Shown here in pieces: positions 1 through 11,233 of a stretch of DNA of 64,000 nucleotides. Position 1 is the first letter of the stretch, and every line of letters begins with the position of its first letter. The position numbers and the translations under genes were made by a program. Source of the stretch: an uncultured Acidobacteriota bacterium (GTDB lineage: Bacteria; Acidobacteriota; Thermoanaerobaculia; Multivoradales; UBA5704). The notes beneath the pieces were generated by a model. It did no database searches. It had not been told where the DNA came from and worked only from the letters and a program-made list of their open reading frames with translations. The DNA is taken from assembly GCA_963752235.1 (NCBI GenBank), contig CAVVXL010000010.1, positions 257,844 through 321,843 on the forward strand, in the 5' to 3' direction.

Positions 1-801
1 CTGACCGAGGACCTCGACCTCTCCTTCCGCGCCCAGCTCGGCGGCTGGCGCTTCCTCTACCTGCCCGGCCTCAAGGTCCCCTCCGAGCTGCCGGTCGACG
101 TCAACGGCTTCAAGAGCCAGCAGTACCGCTGGGCCAAGGGGGCCGTGCAGACGGGGCGCAAGCTGCTCGGCCGGGTGGTGCGCGCGCCGCTCCCCCTCAA
201 GGTCAAGCTCGAGGCGATCGTCCACCTCACCAACAACGCCAGCTATCCGCTGATGGTGCTCCTCTCGCTGCTGATCTTCCCGGCGATGCTGCTGCGCCAC
301 GGCACCTCGACGCTGGTGCTGCTGCTGGTCGACCTGCCGCTCTTCCTCTCGGCGACCGCCTCGGTGCTCACCTTCTACCTGATGAGCCAGTTCGCCGGCA
401 ACGACGACTGGCGCCGCGAGCTGCGCTACCTGCCGGCGCTGATGTCGGTGGGGATCGGCCTCTCGGTCAACAACGCCAAGGCGGTGATCTCCGGGCTCTT
501 CCACCAGGGCGGCACCTTCGTGCGCACCCCGAAGTACCGCATCGAGAAGGCCGGCGAGAGCTGGACCGCCAAGCGCTACCGGGTGGGGAGCGACCCCACG
601 CGCTTCGTCGAGGCCGTGCTCACCGTCTACTTCGTGGGCTGCACGATCTGGGCGGCGGCGGCGGGGATGTGGCTGTCGATCCCCTTCCTCCTCCTCTTCG
701 TCCAGGGGTACGGCTACATGGCCGTGCTCAGCTACCTCCCCTCGCTGCGCGACTGGTGGGAGCGGGGAAAAGCCGACGCCGCGGCGGCCGGAGCCCGGTA
801 A
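1..801 (+). CDS. glycosyltransferase family 2, C-terminal portion (5-prime truncated at window edge)
   Basis: Frame is open from nt 1 in the same frame as track ORF 145..801. Translation carries a GT2 QxxRW-type motif (QQYRWAKG) followed by multiple hydrophobic TM segments, as in cellulose-synthase-like processive GT2 enzymes. Confidence 0.6.
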   Translation: MTEDLDLSFRAQLGGWRFLYLPGLKVPSELPVDVNGFKSQQYRWAKGAVQTGRKLLGRVVRAPLPLKVKLEAIVHLTNNASYPLMVLLSLLIFPAMLLRHGTSTLVLLLVDLPLFLSATASVLTFYLMSQFAGNDDWRRELRYLPALMSVGIGLSVNNAKAVISGLFHQGGTFVRTPKYRIEKAGESWTAKRYRVGSDPTRFVEAVLTVYFVGCTIWAAAAGMWLSIPFLLLFVQGYGYMAVLSYLPSLRDWWERGKADAAAAGAR

Positions 802-831
802 TCAGCCTAATAATCCGTCTAAAATAGATCC

Positions 832-1392
832 ATGGCCCTTCCCGAGCGTCGTTCCAGCTCTCAGGTTTCCTTGCGGCCGGCGGCGCCTCGGGACGCCGAT
901 CTCCTCCGCCAGTGGCGCTCCGAGCCGAGCGTCCAGCGCTTCCAGCCGTTGAACGAGCTGCCCACCGCGCAGCTGCGCGCCGACGTGGCCAGCCAGCGCA
1001 TGGCCGACCTCTACCGCGGCCGGGGAGAGAAGTTCCAGTGGATCGTGCAGGTGGACGGCCAGCCGGCCGGCTGGATCACCCTGGTGGTCAGCAACTGGGA
1101 GCACGGCCTGACCGAGGTCGGCTACGCCCTCTCGACCGTGTTCCAGAACCGCGGGGTGATGACCGGCGCCCTCGCCACCCTTCTCGACGACCTCTTCCAC
1201 AACACTCTGCTCGAACGGGTCGAGGCGCGCTGCGCGGTCGAGAACCTCGGCTCGCAGCGGGTGCTCGAGAAGAGCGGCTTCGAAAGGGAGGGCCGGCTGC
1301 GCTGCTATTTCAAGCTGCGCGGCCGGCGGGTGGACAATTATCTTTATGCTCTGCTGCGCGAGGATTACCTGGCCCGGCAGGAGCGCGGCTAG
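832..1392 (+). CDS. GNAT family N-acetyltransferase (RimJ/RimL-like)
   Basis: 186 aa with the typical GNAT layout (W..E..GY.L......RG.G motif region [11 protein letters not shown]-terminal [14 protein letters not shown]). Confidence 0.75.
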   Translation: MALPERRSSSQVSLRPAAPRDADLLRQWRSEPSVQRFQPLNELPTAQLRADVASQRMADLYRGRGEKFQWIVQVDGQPAGWITLVVSNWEHGLTEVGYALSTVFQNRGVMTGALATLLDDLFHNTLLERVEARCAVENLGSQRVLEKSGFEREGRLRCYFKLRGRRVDNYLYALLREDYLARQERG

Positions 1393-2828
1393 GGGAAGAT
1401 CCCCAGATCCTCGTAGCAGATCGCGATCTTGTCGATCGCGTCGATGAAGGCCGCGGTGCGCAGGTCGGCCTTCCCCTGGTGGCGGGCGCGGATCTCACGC
1501 AGGCGGTGATAGGCGTTCCCCATCGTGTCCTCGAGGCCGGAGTGGACGAGGTCCGCCTCGTCCGGGCCATGGGCGAGGTCGTTCATCTCCTGCTCGGTGA
1601 AGTGCTTGCCGGTGCGCGCGCCGATCGCCTCCAGGATGCCGCGGTAGGCCTTCTCCTCGAAGCGCTTCTCCATGCGGCCGAAGCGGACGTGGGCGAGGTT
1701 CTTCAGCCACTCGAAGTAGGAGACCAGCACGCCCCCCGCGTTGGCGTAGTGGTCGGGGACGATCAGCAGCCCCTTCCTCTCGAGCGCCTCGCTGGCGCCG
1801 CTGGTGATCGGGCCGTTGGCGGCCTCGACGATGATCTTCGCCTGGATGCGCGGCGCGTTCTCGTCGGTGATCTGGTTCTCGAGCGCCGCCGGGATCAGGA
1901 TGTCGCACTCGAGCTCGAGCCCCATCCGCGGGTCGGCGAGCCGCTCGATCCCCTCGGGGAGGACCAGCTTGTGGATCGACTTCTCGCCGCGGCGCAGGGC
2001 GTTCCACTGCTCCACGATGGCGGCGGCGTCGAGCCCCTTGGGGTCGTAGAGGCCGCCGTCGAACTCGAGCAGGCCGACGATCGTCGCCCCCATCTCCTGG
2101 AGGAAGGTGGCGGCGTAGGAGCCGACGTTGCCCAGCCCCTGGATGACCACCCGCTTGCCGGCGATGCCGCGCGACAGGCCGAGCGCCTTCATGTCCTCGG
2201 CGACGTCGCAGACCTCGCGGGTCACGAAGGCGACGCCGCGGCCGGTCGCCTCGGTCCGCCCGCGGATCCCCCCCTGGGCGATCGGCTTGCCGGTGACACA
2301 GGCGGCCCCCTCCAGCTTGTCGTTGGCGAGGGCGATGTAGGTGTCGACGATCCACGCCATCTCGCGCGGTCCGGTGCCGAAGTCCGGCGCCGGCACGTCG
2401 ATGCCGGGGCCGATGAAGTTCTTCTTCACCAGCTCGAAGGCGTAGCGCCGGGTGATCCGCTCCAGCTCGTGGCGGCTGTAGATCTTGCTGTCGATCTTGA
2501 TCCCCCCCTTGGCGCCGCCGAAGGGAGCGTCGACCACCGCGCACTTGTAGGTCATCAGCGCCGCGAGCGCCATCACCTCGTCCTCGTTGACGTCGAGGCT
2601 GTAGCGGATCCCGCCCTTGGTGGGGAGCTTGTGGTGGCTGTGCTCGGCGCGCCAGGCGTGGATCACCTCGACGTCGCCGTTGTCGCGCTCGAGCGGGAAG
2701 GTGAAGTGGTAGACGCTGTTGCAGGTCTTGATGATGTCGAGCAGGCCGCGAGAGTGGCTGGTGAGCGCGGCGGCCCGTTCGAAGTTCCGGTTCACCTGCT
2801 CGAAGAAGCTGACTGGATGGTTCGGCAT
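1389..2828 (-). CDS. gdhA: NAD(P)-dependent glutamate dehydrogenase (Glu/Leu/Phe/Val dehydrogenase family)
   Basis: C-terminal 479 aa of track ORF 1389..4031, starting at [20 protein letters not shown] (ATG at 2828..2826 with upstream GGGAA). Contains the GDH catalytic lysine motif KGGIRY...PFGGAKGG and the dinucleotide-binding GLGNVGS. The upstream part of the long ORF is Arg-rich off-frame sequence. Confidence 0.9.
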   Translation of the reverse strand: MPNHPVSFFEQVNRNFERAAALTSHSRGLLDIIKTCNSVYHFTFPLERDNGDVEVIHAWRAEHSHHKLPTKGGIRYSLDVNEDEVMALAALMTYKCAVVDAPFGGAKGGIKIDSKIYSRHELERITRRYAFELVKKNFIGPGIDVPAPDFGTGPREMAWIVDTYIALANDKLEGAACVTGKPIAQGGIRGRTEATGRGVAFVTREVCDVAEDMKALGLSRGIAGKRVVIQGLGNVGSYAATFLQEMGATIVGLLEFDGGLYDPKGLDAAAIVEQWNALRRGEKSIHKLVLPEGIERLADPRMGLELECDILIPAALENQITDENAPRIQAKIIVEAANGPITSGASEALERKGLLIVPDHYANAGGVLVSYFEWLKNLAHVRFGRMEKRFEEKAYRGILEAIGARTGKHFTEQEMNDLAHGPDEADLVHSGLEDTMGNAYHRLREIRARHQGKADLRTAAFIDAIDKIAICYEDLGIFP

Positions 2829-3029
2829 ACGGTTCCCTTTGGGTTCCCTTGAAAAGGAAGCGGGCTGGAAAGGATCAGAGTGGCTCGAATTCTTGCTCCG
2901 GAGCTTCGAGGCGACGGAGTGATAGCATTCTTGACCGGCCGCCGCAACCCCGAAAGGGCTTTTTTCGTGCCGGACGCCCATTTTCACGTACCGCCCCGCC
3001 AATCTCACCCGCCACCCCACCCCGCCGTC

Positions 3030-4145
3030 ATGGCACCGTACCTGCCCGAGCCTCTCCTCGCCGCCGTCCCCATCCCCGCCCTCCCGGGCGGCGAGCGCGG
3101 GATGCTGATCGCGCTGGGCATCGCCGCCGGCCTCTTCCTGGTCCTCGCCGCCGTCCGCGAGCTGGTCGTCCGCCGGCTGGGGCGGCGCGCCGGGCGGACG
3201 GCGAGCGGTATCGGCGGCATCGGCGGCATCGACGACCTGCTGGTCACCCTCGGCCGGCGCACCCAGATCCTGGTGATCGCCGCCGTCGCGCTCTACGCGG
3301 GGAGCCTCTACGTCGACCTCCCGGCGAGGGCCGAGCGGCTCCTGCGCGGCGCCGCCGAGCTCGCCGTCTTCCTCCAGATCGCCCTGTGGTCCTCGGTCGC
3401 CATCGACTTCTGGATCGCCCGCCAGAGCCGGCGCCTCGACCACGACCCCACCTCGATCGCGCTGGCCGGCGTGCTGCGCTTCGCCGTCAAGGTGGTCCTC
3501 TGGGCGCTGCTGCTGCTGATGGCGCTCGACAATCTGGGGATCAACGTCACCGCCCTGATCACCGGCTTGGGGATCGGCGGCGTGGCGGTCGCCCTCGCCC
3601 TCCAGAACGTCCTCGGCGACCTGCTCGCCTCGCTCTCGATCGTGCTCGACAAGCCGTTCGTGATCGGCGACGCGATCACCGTCGACACCCTGACCGGCAC
3701 GGTCGAGTCGATCGGCCTCAAGACCACCCGCCTGCGCGCCGTCTCGGGCGAGCAGCTGATCTTCGCCAACGCCGACCTGCTGAAGAGCCGCATCCACAAC
3801 TGGAAGCGGATGGCCGAGCGCCGGGTCGTCCTCGCCTTCGGCGTGCCGCTCGCTACGCCTCCCGCGGCCCTCGCTACCCTCCCCGCGACGCTGCGGGAGC
3901 TGATCGAGGGGACTGACCTGGCCCGCTTCGACCGCGCCCACTTCAAGGGCCCGGGCGTCTCGACGCTCGACTTCGAGGCGGTCTACTGGATCCTGACCGC
4001 CGACTACGCCCTCTACATGGACCGCCAGCAAGCGATCAACCTCGGCCTGCTGGCGGCTCTCGCGAACGCCGGCATCCCCCTCGGCCCCGGCCCCCAGAGC
4101 CTGGCGCTGACCCGGCCGCGGCCGGAGGCGAAAACTTCTGCCTGA
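3030..4145 (+). CDS. mechanosensitive ion channel, MscS family
   Basis: Start taken at MAPYLPEP, in frame with track ORF 2880..4145. N-terminal TM helices, then the conserved MscS beta-domain region ([42 protein letters not shown]). Confidence 0.8.
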   Translation: MAPYLPEPLLAAVPIPALPGGERGMLIALGIAAGLFLVLAAVRELVVRRLGRRAGRTASGIGGIGGIDDLLVTLGRRTQILVIAAVALYAGSLYVDLPARAERLLRGAAELAVFLQIALWSSVAIDFWIARQSRRLDHDPTSIALAGVLRFAVKVVLWALLLLMALDNLGINVTALITGLGIGGVAVALALQNVLGDLLASLSIVLDKPFVIGDAITVDTLTGTVESIGLKTTRLRAVSGEQLIFANADLLKSRIHNWKRMAERRVVLAFGVPLATPPAALATLPATLRELIEGTDLARFDRAHFKGPGVSTLDFEAVYWILTADYALYMDRQQAINLGLLAALANAGIPLGPGPQSLALTRPRPEAKTSA

Positions 4146-4195
4146 GCCCTCCGTACACCCGTTGGGAAAGACTCGATGTCTTGAAAGGAGATCCT

Positions 4196-7100
4196 GTGCG
4201 TAGATTGATCCAGAGGGTGGGAATCCCGGCGGGACTGTTGCTGCTCCTGCCGGCGCTGGCCGCCGCGCAACCGCCGGGGGAGTCGCGCCTGCTGCGCTAC
4301 CCCGATATCTGTGGCAACACCATCGCCTTCGTCTACGGGGGCGACCTCTGGCTCACCGACGCCCAGGGCGGGGTCGCCCGGCGGCTCACCTCGGGAGAGG
4401 GGGACGAGCTCGCCCCCAAGTTCTCCCCCGACTGCAAGTCGATCGCCTTCACCGGCCAGTACTCCGGCACCCGCCAGGTCTACGTGATCGGCGTCGACGG
4501 CGGCTCCCCCCGGCAGCTCACCTTCCACAACGAGGTGAGCGGCATGCCCCCACGGGGGGGCTTCGACAACCAGGTGTTCGGCTGGACCCCCGACGGCAAG
4601 CAGATCCTCTTCAACGCCCACCGCACCCCGTACAGCGAGCGGAACGCCCGCCCCTATCTGGTGCCGGCGGCCGGCGGCATGGAGACCCCGCTGCCGATCC
4701 GCGAGGGGTCGGCCGGCGTCCTCTCCCCCGACGGCAACCGCTACGTCTTCGCTCCCATCATGCGCGAGTTCCGCACCTGGAAGCACTACCGCGGCGGCCG
4801 CGCCCCGGATCTCTGGATCTACGACCTCAAGGCGAATACCGCCGAGCAGATCACCAAGGACCCGGCCAACGACTATATGCCGGTGTGGATCGGCGACACC
4901 GTCTACTTCGTCTCCGACCGCGACAAGGTCGGAGCCGTGACCACCAACAACCTCTTCGCCTACGACACCCGGACGAAGGCCGTACGCCGGGTGACCAGCC
5001 ACGACACCTTCGACGTCTTCTGGCCGAGCAGCGGCGACCGGAAGCGCATCGTCTACGAGAACGGCGGCTGGATCTACCTGTTCGATCCCGCGGACGGCAA
5101 GAGCCGCAAGGTCCCGATCCGGGTCGAGGGGGACCAGCCCCACGCGCTCCCCTACTTCAAGAACGTCGCCGAGGACATCCAGGGGATGGCGATCTCCCCA
5201 AGCGGCAAGCGGGTCCTCCTCAGCGCCCGCGGCGACCTCTTCTCGGTCCCCGCCGAGAAGGGGGAGATCCGCAACCTCACGCAGTCCGCCGGGGTGCGCG
5301 AGGGATTCGCCGCCTGGTCGCGCGACGGCCGCTGGATCGCCTACCTCTCCGACCGCTCCGGCGAGTACGAGGTCTGGGTGCGCCCGGCCGACGGCACGGG
5401 GGAGGAGCGGCGGGTGACCACCGACGGCGCCGTCTGGCGCTTTCCCCTCTCCTGGTCCCCCGATTCGAAGAAGCTCGCCTTCGGCGACACCAACGGCTGG
5501 CTCCACTGGGTGGACGTGGCGACCGGCAAGGTGACCGACGCCGACCGCTCCCGGCGCGCCGACATCCGCGACTACTCCTGGTCGCCGGACAGCCGCTACC
5601 TCGCCTACACCAAGCCCGGCGAGAACCAGTTCGCGGCGATCTGGGTCTACTCGCTCGACGACGGCAAGACCCACCAGCTCACCTCCGGCCTGACCGCCGA
5701 GGCCGAGCCGGTCTGGGACCCCTCGGGGCACTACCTCTACTTCTTCTCGAACCGCGACTACAACCTGACCTTCAGCGGCTACGAGTTCGACTACGTCTAC
5801 ACCAATCCGACCCGCGTCTACGTCGGCCTCCTCGCCAAGGACGGGCCGGCCCTCTTCCTCCCCGAGAGCGACGAGGAGAACCCGAAGCCCGACGCCAAGG
5901 CCGAAGACAAACCCGCCGCCGAGGCCAAGGCCGCCGCCCATAAGGCGATGGACGAAGCCGCCGCCGACAAGGCCGGCACCAAAGGAGAGAAGGCGGACCG
6001 CGCGCCGAAGCCGGGCGTGCGGGTGAAGATCGACTTCGACGGCTTCGAGGCTCGGGTGCGGGCGATCCCCGCTCCGCCGAGCAACTACCAGAACCTCTCG
6101 GTGAGCGCCGACGCCGTTTTCTATATGCGCGCCAACAATCCCGGTCCCGGCGGCGGCCCGCCGTCGCTGCGCATGTTCAACCTCAAGGAGCGCAAGGAGG
6201 AGACCGTCCTCGACGCCCTCGTCGGCTACGACCTCTCGGCCGACGGCAAGAAGATCGCCTTCCGGCAAGGGGAGACCTACGGGATCGTCGACGCCCGGGC
6301 CGGCCAGAAAGCCGGCGACGGCAAGCTCGACCTCAGCCACCTGACCCTGCGCATCCAGCCGCGCGAGGAGTGGCGCCAGGAGTTCACCGACGCCTGGCGG
6401 ATCTTCCGCGACTGGTTCTACGACCCCAACCTCCACGGCTTCGACTGGAAGGCGATCCGGGACCGCTACACCCCGATGCTCCCCTACATGTCCACCCGCT
6501 CCGACCTCGACTACCTGCTGAGCGAGCTGGCCGGCGAGCCCTCCGTGGGGCACGCCTACGTCGAGCCGGCGGAGGGCGGGGGGCCCGAGCGGGTCGACGG
6601 CGCCCTGCTCGGCGCGGAGGTCGAGCCCGCCGCGGGCTACTACCGGATCGCCCACATCTTCCCCGGCGAGAACTGGCACAAGGACTTCCGCTCGCCGCTG
6701 ACCGAGCCGGGAGTCCACGTCGAGACCGGCGACTACATCCTGGCCGTGGACGGCACGAGCACGAAGGGGGTGGACAACTTCTACCGCCTGCTCGAAGGGA
6801 AGGGGGACCGCCTGCTCACCCTGCTGGTGAACGACAAGCCGACGCGGGAGGGAGCGCACGAGGAAAAGGTCCGGCCGGTGGTCAAGGAGCAGAACCTCCG
6901 CTACCTCGACTGGGTCCTCACCAACCGCGCCAAGGTCGACAAGCTCTCGGGAGGCCGCATCGGCTACATCCACCTGCCGGACACGGCGGTGGCGGGCAAC
7001 CGCGAGCTGTTCAAGTACTTCTACCCCCTCTCGCACACCGACGCCCAGATCTTCGACGACCGCTACAACCAGGGAGGCTTCATCCCCGACCGCATGATCG

Positions 7101-7564
7101 CGCTGATCTCGCGGCCGCTGATGAACTACTTCGTCGGCCGCGGCGGGGTGGCCAACCCGACGCCGGCGTTCGCCAGCACCGGCCCCAAGGTCGCCCTGAT
7201 CAATGGCCAGGCGGGGTCCGGCGGCGACGCCTTCCCCTACTACTTCCGCGAGCTCAAGCTCGGGCCGCTGATCGGCACCCGCACCTGGGGCGGGCTCGCC
7301 GGCCTCTCCGGCAACCCGCCGCTGATCGACGGCGGCACCCTCACCGTCCCCACCTTCCGCATCCTCACCACGGAGGGACAGTGGACGATCGAGAACGAAG
7401 GGGTGGCGCCGGACGTTGAGGTCGTCGACGCTCCGGACGCCGTCGCCCGGGGTGAGGACCCGAGCCTCGAAGCGGGTGTGAAGTACCTCCTGGACCAGCT
7501 CCAGAAGAACCCGCCCAAGAAGCTCGTCGTCCCGCCGCCACCGGTCGGCGGCGCGCCGCGCTGA
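4196..7564 (+). CDS. tricorn protease homolog (N-terminal beta-propellers, PDZ, C-terminal S41-like peptidase domain), secreted
   Basis: Motif [20 protein letters not shown] characteristic of tricorn protease N-termini, repeated propeller blades, C-terminal S41-like region. Start proposed at GTG 4196 (AGGAG at 4186..4190, 5-nt spacer) rather than the track TTG 4181. A signal peptide follows. Confidence 0.8.
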   Translation: MRRLIQRVGIPAGLLLLLPALAAAQPPGESRLLRYPDICGNTIAFVYGGDLWLTDAQGGVARRLTSGEGDELAPKFSPDCKSIAFTGQYSGTRQVYVIGVDGGSPRQLTFHNEVSGMPPRGGFDNQVFGWTPDGKQILFNAHRTPYSERNARPYLVPAAGGMETPLPIREGSAGVLSPDGNRYVFAPIMREFRTWKHYRGGRAPDLWIYDLKANTAEQITKDPANDYMPVWIGDTVYFVSDRDKVGAVTTNNLFAYDTRTKAVRRVTSHDTFDVFWPSSGDRKRIVYENGGWIYLFDPADGKSRKVPIRVEGDQPHALPYFKNVAEDIQGMAISPSGKRVLLSARGDLFSVPAEKGEIRNLTQSAGVREGFAAWSRDGRWIAYLSDRSGEYEVWVRPADGTGEERRVTTDGAVWRFPLSWSPDSKKLAFGDTNGWLHWVDVATGKVTDADRSRRADIRDYSWSPDSRYLAYTKPGENQFAAIWVYSLDDGKTHQLTSGLTAEAEPVWDPSGHYLYFFSNRDYNLTFSGYEFDYVYTNPTRVYVGLLAKDGPALFLPESDEENPKPDAKAEDKPAAEAKAAAHKAMDEAAADKAGTKGEKADRAPKPGVRVKIDFDGFEARVRAIPAPPSNYQNLSVSADAVFYMRANNPGPGGGPPSLRMFNLKERKEETVLDALVGYDLSADGKKIAFRQGETYGIVDARAGQKAGDGKLDLSHLTLRIQPREEWRQEFTDAWRIFRDWFYDPNLHGFDWKAIRDRYTPMLPYMSTRSDLDYLLSELAGEPSVGHAYVEPAEGGGPERVDGALLGAEVEPAAGYYRIAHIFPGENWHKDFRSPLTEPGVHVETGDYILAVDGTSTKGVDNFYRLLEGKGDRLLTLLVNDKPTREGAHEEKVRPVVKEQNLRYLDWVLTNRAKVDKLSGGRIGYIHLPDTAVAGNRELFKYFYPLSHTDAQIFDDRYNQGGFIPDRMIALISRPLMNYFVGRGGVANPTPAFASTGPKVALINGQAGSGGDAFPYYFRELKLGPLIGTRTWGGLAGLSGNPPLIDGGTLTVPTFRILTTEGQWTIENEGVAPDVEVVDAPDAVARGEDPSLEAGVKYLLDQLQKNPPKKLVVPPPPVGGAPR

Positions 7565-7583
7565 GGCTCACCGAGGCGTGAGG

Positions 7584-7611
7584 AAAGGGCGGGCGTCAAG
7601 CCCCGCCCTTT
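7584..7611. terminator. GC-rich hairpin between convergent genes (putative bidirectional terminator)
   Basis: Perfect 10-bp stem AAAGGGCGGG / CCCGCCCTTT with an 8-nt loop, flanked by A-run and T-run, between the tricorn stop (7564) and the YdeN-like stop (7632). Confidence 0.4.
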
Positions 7612-7631
7612 CGTTCAAGACAAGCCTCCCG

Positions 7632-8198
7632 CTAGATTTCCGCGAGCAGTTCCTGGAGCAGGGCGAACCCCGCCGGCCAGGAACCGAGGCGGGAGGCGGA
7701 ATTGATGTGGCCGAGGGCACCCACGACCGCGAACCGCGAGCCCCAGGCGGCCGCGAAACGCTCCGCACGCTCCACGCTGATGTAAAAATCGTCCGTGCTG
7801 GCCACCACGATGCTGAGGAAAGGGAGCGGCGCGAGCGGCATCGGCGCGAAGCCGGTGGTGCCCGCGGGATACGACGGCGCCTCGACATCGCTCGGCGCCA
7901 CCAGCAGCGCCGCCTTCACCTGCGGCATCCGTGGCGTCAGCGGCATCCGCGAGCCGTCGCCGAGCGCGGCGGCCCAGTGCGCCACCAGGCAGCAGGCGAG
8001 GGAGTGCGCGACCAGGACCGCCGGCTCGGGCGAGGCGTCGATCGCCGCCGCGAGCGTCGCCACCCACTCCGCCCGGTCGGGGGTCTCCCAGTCGCGCTGG
8101 CGTACGCGGACGAACGCGGGGTGCTCGCTCTCCCAGCGGCTCTGCCAGTGCTCGGGGCCCGAGTCGTAGAGGCCGGGAAGGATCAGGACGCGCGGCAT
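7632..8198 (-). CDS. RBBP9/YdeN-family alpha/beta serine hydrolase
   Basis: 188 aa. N-terminal ILPGLYDSGPEHWQSRWE and a nucleophile-elbow-like HSLAC are typical of the Ser_hydrolase (YdeN/RBBP9) family. Confidence 0.7.
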   Translation of the reverse strand: MPRVLILPGLYDSGPEHWQSRWESEHPAFVRVRQRDWETPDRAEWVATLAAAIDASPEPAVLVAHSLACCLVAHWAAALGDGSRMPLTPRMPQVKAALLVAPSDVEAPSYPAGTTGFAPMPLAPLPFLSIVVASTDDFYISVERAERFAAAWGSRFAVVGALGHINSASRLGSWPAGFALLQELLAEI

Positions 8199-8279
8199 AC
8201 CCGCGAAGATAGCAAAACCGGGAAGCTGGAGAGGAATGCAGAGCAGAATTTACGTGGGGTGAATCGAGGATCAGGGGCA

Positions 8280-8303
8280 GGAGGCCGCCCAGGGGCGGCC
8301 TCC
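8280..8303 (-). terminator. hairpin 3-prime of the RRM protein gene
   Basis: Perfect 10-bp GC stem GGAGGCCGCC / GGCGGCCTCC with a 4-nt loop, 20 nt downstream of the stop codon on the minus strand. No U-tract, as is common in high-GC genomes. Confidence 0.4.
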
Positions 8304-8323
8304 CTCCGAAAGGAGCCTGGGTC

Positions 8324-8719
8324 TTAGTAGCGGCCGCCACCACCGCCGCCGTAGCCACCGCCACGGCCACCACCGCCGCCACCACCCCCACGGCCGCCAC
8401 CGCCACCACCGTAGCCACCACCGCCACCCCCGTAGCCGCCACCGCCGCCCTTGCCACGACCGCCGCCCTCTTCCTTCGGGCGGGCCTCGTTGACGGTCAA
8501 GTTGCGGCCATCCAGATCCTTGCCATTGAGGGCGGAAATGGCGGCCTGCGCCTCCTGGTCGCTGCTCATCTCCACGAAACCGAAGCCCTTGGAGCGGCCG
8601 GTGTCACGGTCCATGATCACTTGGGCCGAGTCCACAGTGCCATGGGCAGCGAACAGATCTTCCAGATCGCTGTCCCTGACGCTATAGGACAAGTTGCCGA
8701 CGTATAACTTTCTACCCAT
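8324..8719 (-). CDS. glycine-rich RNA-binding protein with a single RRM domain (Rbp/cold-shock-type)
   Basis: RNP1 KGFGFVEM and RNP2 LYVGNL motifs, then a C-terminal GGYGGGGGGR repeat tail. Confidence 0.9.
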   Translation of the reverse strand: MGRKLYVGNLSYSVRDSDLEDLFAAHGTVDSAQVIMDRDTGRSKGFGFVEMSSDQEAQAAISALNGKDLDGRNLTVNEARPKEEGGGRGKGGGGGYGGGGGGYGGGGGGRGGGGGGGGRGGGYGGGGGGRY

Positions 8720-9105
8720 TCGCGACTCCTCGCTTGACCGTCGTCCGATTCGGTCGTGACGACTCTGTGATTGCCTGACTTCTTCTTCTACGTAGCGTAC
8801 GAGCTATCCGAGACTGTCGTGTCACGACGAATCTGGACGGGGTACCGGAGTCTTTCTGAACCGACCCGAGCTTGGTGAACCGTGAGACCAAGAACCAATC
8901 CTAGCATCATACGGGAGAAATAATCTGCAACCCTCATGCCTGTCTGGCCTGCGGATGCCGGCCGGAGTCGCGCGAGGACGATATCTTCACCAGTCTTCGC
9001 GGCAAGCCCTCGCAGCAGGGGGCAGCGTCCGGGCGCGCCGGCAACGTAACGCGGCGTCGAACAGGAGCCGATCTCCAAGGCCTTTGCCTTGTTGAGTAGG
9101 ATCCA
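8720..9105 (-). promoter_or_regulatory. about 385-nt lower-GC leader/promoter region of the RRM protein gene with small palindromes
   Basis: Intergenic stretch with markedly lower GC than the flanks. Contains GTCGT-N-ACGAC type inverted repeats (GTCGTGACGAC, GTCGTGTCACGAC). The only ORF here (8788..9078) has poor composition. Long structured leaders are typical of rbp/cold-shock genes. Confidence 0.35.
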
Positions 9106-9489
9106 CTAGTTCACCATGTGCGGCACCGCCAGCGAGAAGGGGGCGATCTCGGCCTCGAACCGCTCGCCGTTCTCGAGGACCATGACGTAGGCGCCCTGCA
9201 TCGAGCCGACCGGGGTCGCCAGAGGACAGAAGCTCACGTACTCGAACGCTTCCCCAGGGGCGAGCACGGGCTCCTCGCCGACCACGCCCGGCCCCTGCAC
9301 CTGCTGCGTCTCGCCGTTGCCGTCGGTGATGATCCACTCGCGGCTGACCAGTTGCGCCGTCTCGTGGCCGAGGTTCGAGATCGTCACCTGATAGGCGAAG
9401 AAATAGTAGTTGTCCGGCGGCGAGCTCCGCTCCTCGTCGTAGAAGCTCTGAACCTGGACCCGGATGCCGCGGGTCGTCGTATCGCTCAT
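9106..9489 (-). CDS. apaG: ApaG (DUF525) protein
   Basis: 127 aa. IRVQVQSFYDEERSSPPDNYYFFAYQVTISN matches the ApaG signature. Confidence 0.85.
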   Translation of the reverse strand: MSDTTTRGIRVQVQSFYDEERSSPPDNYYFFAYQVTISNLGHETAQLVSREWIITDGNGETQQVQGPGVVGEEPVLAPGEAFEYVSFCPLATPVGSMQGAYVMVLENGERFEAEIAPFSLAVPHMVN

Positions 9490-9610
9490 AGGCTCGCCAT
9501 TATCTCATGGACTCAAAAAACTCATCGGCTCGCGGGATCGCACCGGGGACAGAAAACCCCTGGGATACAATCCCGCTCCGGCCTCAGAGGCCAGGGAGAG
9601 AGACGACGCG

Positions 9611-10357
9611 ATGGAGCTGCTGACCAACCCGGAGACCTGGATCGCGCTGCTGACGTTGACGGTGCTCGAGATCGTCCTCGGGATCGACAACATCATCTTT
9701 ATCGCCATCCTGGTCGGCAAGCTGCCGGCGGCCCGGCGGATGCGGGCGCAGCGGCTTGGCCTGTTCCTGGCCATGTTCATCCGCATCGGCCTGCTCGCCT
9801 CGATCGCCTGGATGGTGAAGCTGACGGCCCCCCTCTTCACCCTCTTTGGACAGGACCTCTCCGGCCGCAGCCTGATCCTCCTGGTCGGCGGCCTGTTCCT
9901 GCTCTACAAGTCGACCCGTGAGATCCACGACAAGCTCGAAGGGGACGAGGAGGGAGCGGCGGCCGCGGCGACGGCTTCGTTCCTTTCGGTGATCGTCCAG
10001 ATCCTCCTCCTCGACATCATCTTCTCGCTCGACTCGGTGATCACCGCCGTCGGCATGGCCAACCACCTGGGGGTAATGATCGCCGCCGTGGTGATCGCCG
10101 TCGGCGTGATGATGTTCGCCGCCACGCCGATCAGCGCCTTCGTGTCCCGCCACCCCACGATCAAGATGCTCGCCCTCTCCTTCCTCCTGCTGATCGGCTT
10201 CTCGCTGATCGCCGAGGCGTTCGACCGCCACATCCCCAAGGGGTACGTCTACTTCGCGATGGCGTTCTCGGTCTTCGTCGAGACGCTCAACCTGCGGGCG
10301 CGCAAGAAGCGCAAGGCGCGGGAAGCGGCGGTGCGGCTCCACGAGCCGCACGCGTAG
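9611..10357 (+). CDS. TerC family integral membrane protein
   Basis: Start at MELLTNPETW, in frame within track ORF 9464..10357. TerC motif LEIVLGIDNIIFIAIL, about 7 TM helices, and a second DSVITAVG repeat. Confidence 0.8.
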   Translation: MELLTNPETWIALLTLTVLEIVLGIDNIIFIAILVGKLPAARRMRAQRLGLFLAMFIRIGLLASIAWMVKLTAPLFTLFGQDLSGRSLILLVGGLFLLYKSTREIHDKLEGDEEGAAAAATASFLSVIVQILLLDIIFSLDSVITAVGMANHLGVMIAAVVIAVGVMMFAATPISAFVSRHPTIKMLALSFLLLIGFSLIAEAFDRHIPKGYVYFAMAFSVFVETLNLRARKKRKAREAAVRLHEPHA

Positions 10358-10408
10358 GTTTGTCGCGCCGGGACGCGATAAGTCGCCTTCGGTTATCATC
10401 TCCCCGCC

Positions 10409-11158
10409 ATGGAGCTCTCCGTCGCCACCTGGAACGTCAACGGCATCCGCGCCCGCCAGGCGCAGTTCCTCGAATGGCTGGCCCGCGACCGGCCGGATGT
10501 CGTCTGCCTGCAGGAGATCAAGGCGGCGCCGGCGCAGCTCCCCGAGGAGCTCTGCGCCCTCGGCGACTACTGGTGCTACTGGCACGGGGCGGGCGGCTAC
10601 TCGGGGGTGAGCCTCCACCTGCGCAAGGAGACCTTCCCGGCGGAGCCCAGGTTCGAGCACCCGGCGTTCGATCTCGAGACGCGGATCGTCACCGCCACGG
10701 TCGAGGATCTGGTGCTGGCCTCGATCTACGTCCCCAACGGCGGCAAGGACTTCGCGGCCAAGATGGACTTCCTGCGCGCCCTCGAGCGCTGGGCCGGCGC
10801 GCAGCGGGCGGCCGGGCGGCGGCTGGTGCTCTGTGGCGACATGAACGTCACCCGCAGCGACCAGGACGTCCACCCCAAGGAGCGCAAACCGTTCGTGATC
10901 GGCCAGCGCCCCGAGGAGCGCGAGCTGTTCGCGAGCCTCCTCGCCCACGGCCTCACCGACGTCGGCCGCGCCCTCGACCCGGACAACGACGGGCTCTTCA
11001 CCTGGTGGGCGCCCTGGCGGAACATGCGCCAGCGCAACATCGGCTGGCGCATCGATTACATCCTCGCCGGCGAGGGGCTCGAGCCGCTGGCCGCCCGAGT
11101 AATGCCGGAGGTGGGGACGAGCGACCACGCTCCGGTGGTGGTCCGCCTCGGGATCTGA
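10409..11158 (+). CDS. xthA: exodeoxyribonuclease III (AP endonuclease, EEP superfamily)
   Basis: 249 aa. N-terminal WNVNGIRAR, LQEIK, catalytic C-terminal RIDYIL...SDHAPV. Confidence 0.9.
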   Translation: MELSVATWNVNGIRARQAQFLEWLARDRPDVVCLQEIKAAPAQLPEELCALGDYWCYWHGAGGYSGVSLHLRKETFPAEPRFEHPAFDLETRIVTATVEDLVLASIYVPNGGKDFAAKMDFLRALERWAGAQRAAGRRLVLCGDMNVTRSDQDVHPKERKPFVIGQRPEERELFASLLAHGLTDVGRALDPDNDGLFTWWAPWRNMRQRNIGWRIDYILAGEGLEPLAARVMPEVGTSDHAPVVVRLGI

Positions 11159-11233
11159 GCCCGCCGCCGGTCCCGGGCCGCCGGTCCTTGCGGAAGGCGA
11201 TGAGGCGATATAGTCCTCGGCGAGGATCAATCC

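Noticed and set aside
912-2852. 646-aa plus-strand ORF (and 1495..2544 minus) overlapping gdhA
   Set aside because: Arg/Gly/Ala/Pro-rich composition typical of off-frame translation in 70% GC DNA. It fully overlaps a glutamate dehydrogenase gene with clear motifs on the other strand.
4013-7036. 1007-aa minus-strand ORF antisense to the tricorn protease
   Set aside because: Antisense high-GC artefact. No motifs and extreme Arg/Gly/Val/Ala bias.
8344-8470. Gly-codon tandem repeats (ggcggcggtggtggc…)
   Set aside because: This is the coding low-complexity tail of the RRM protein. It is not a CRISPR or other noncoding repeat.
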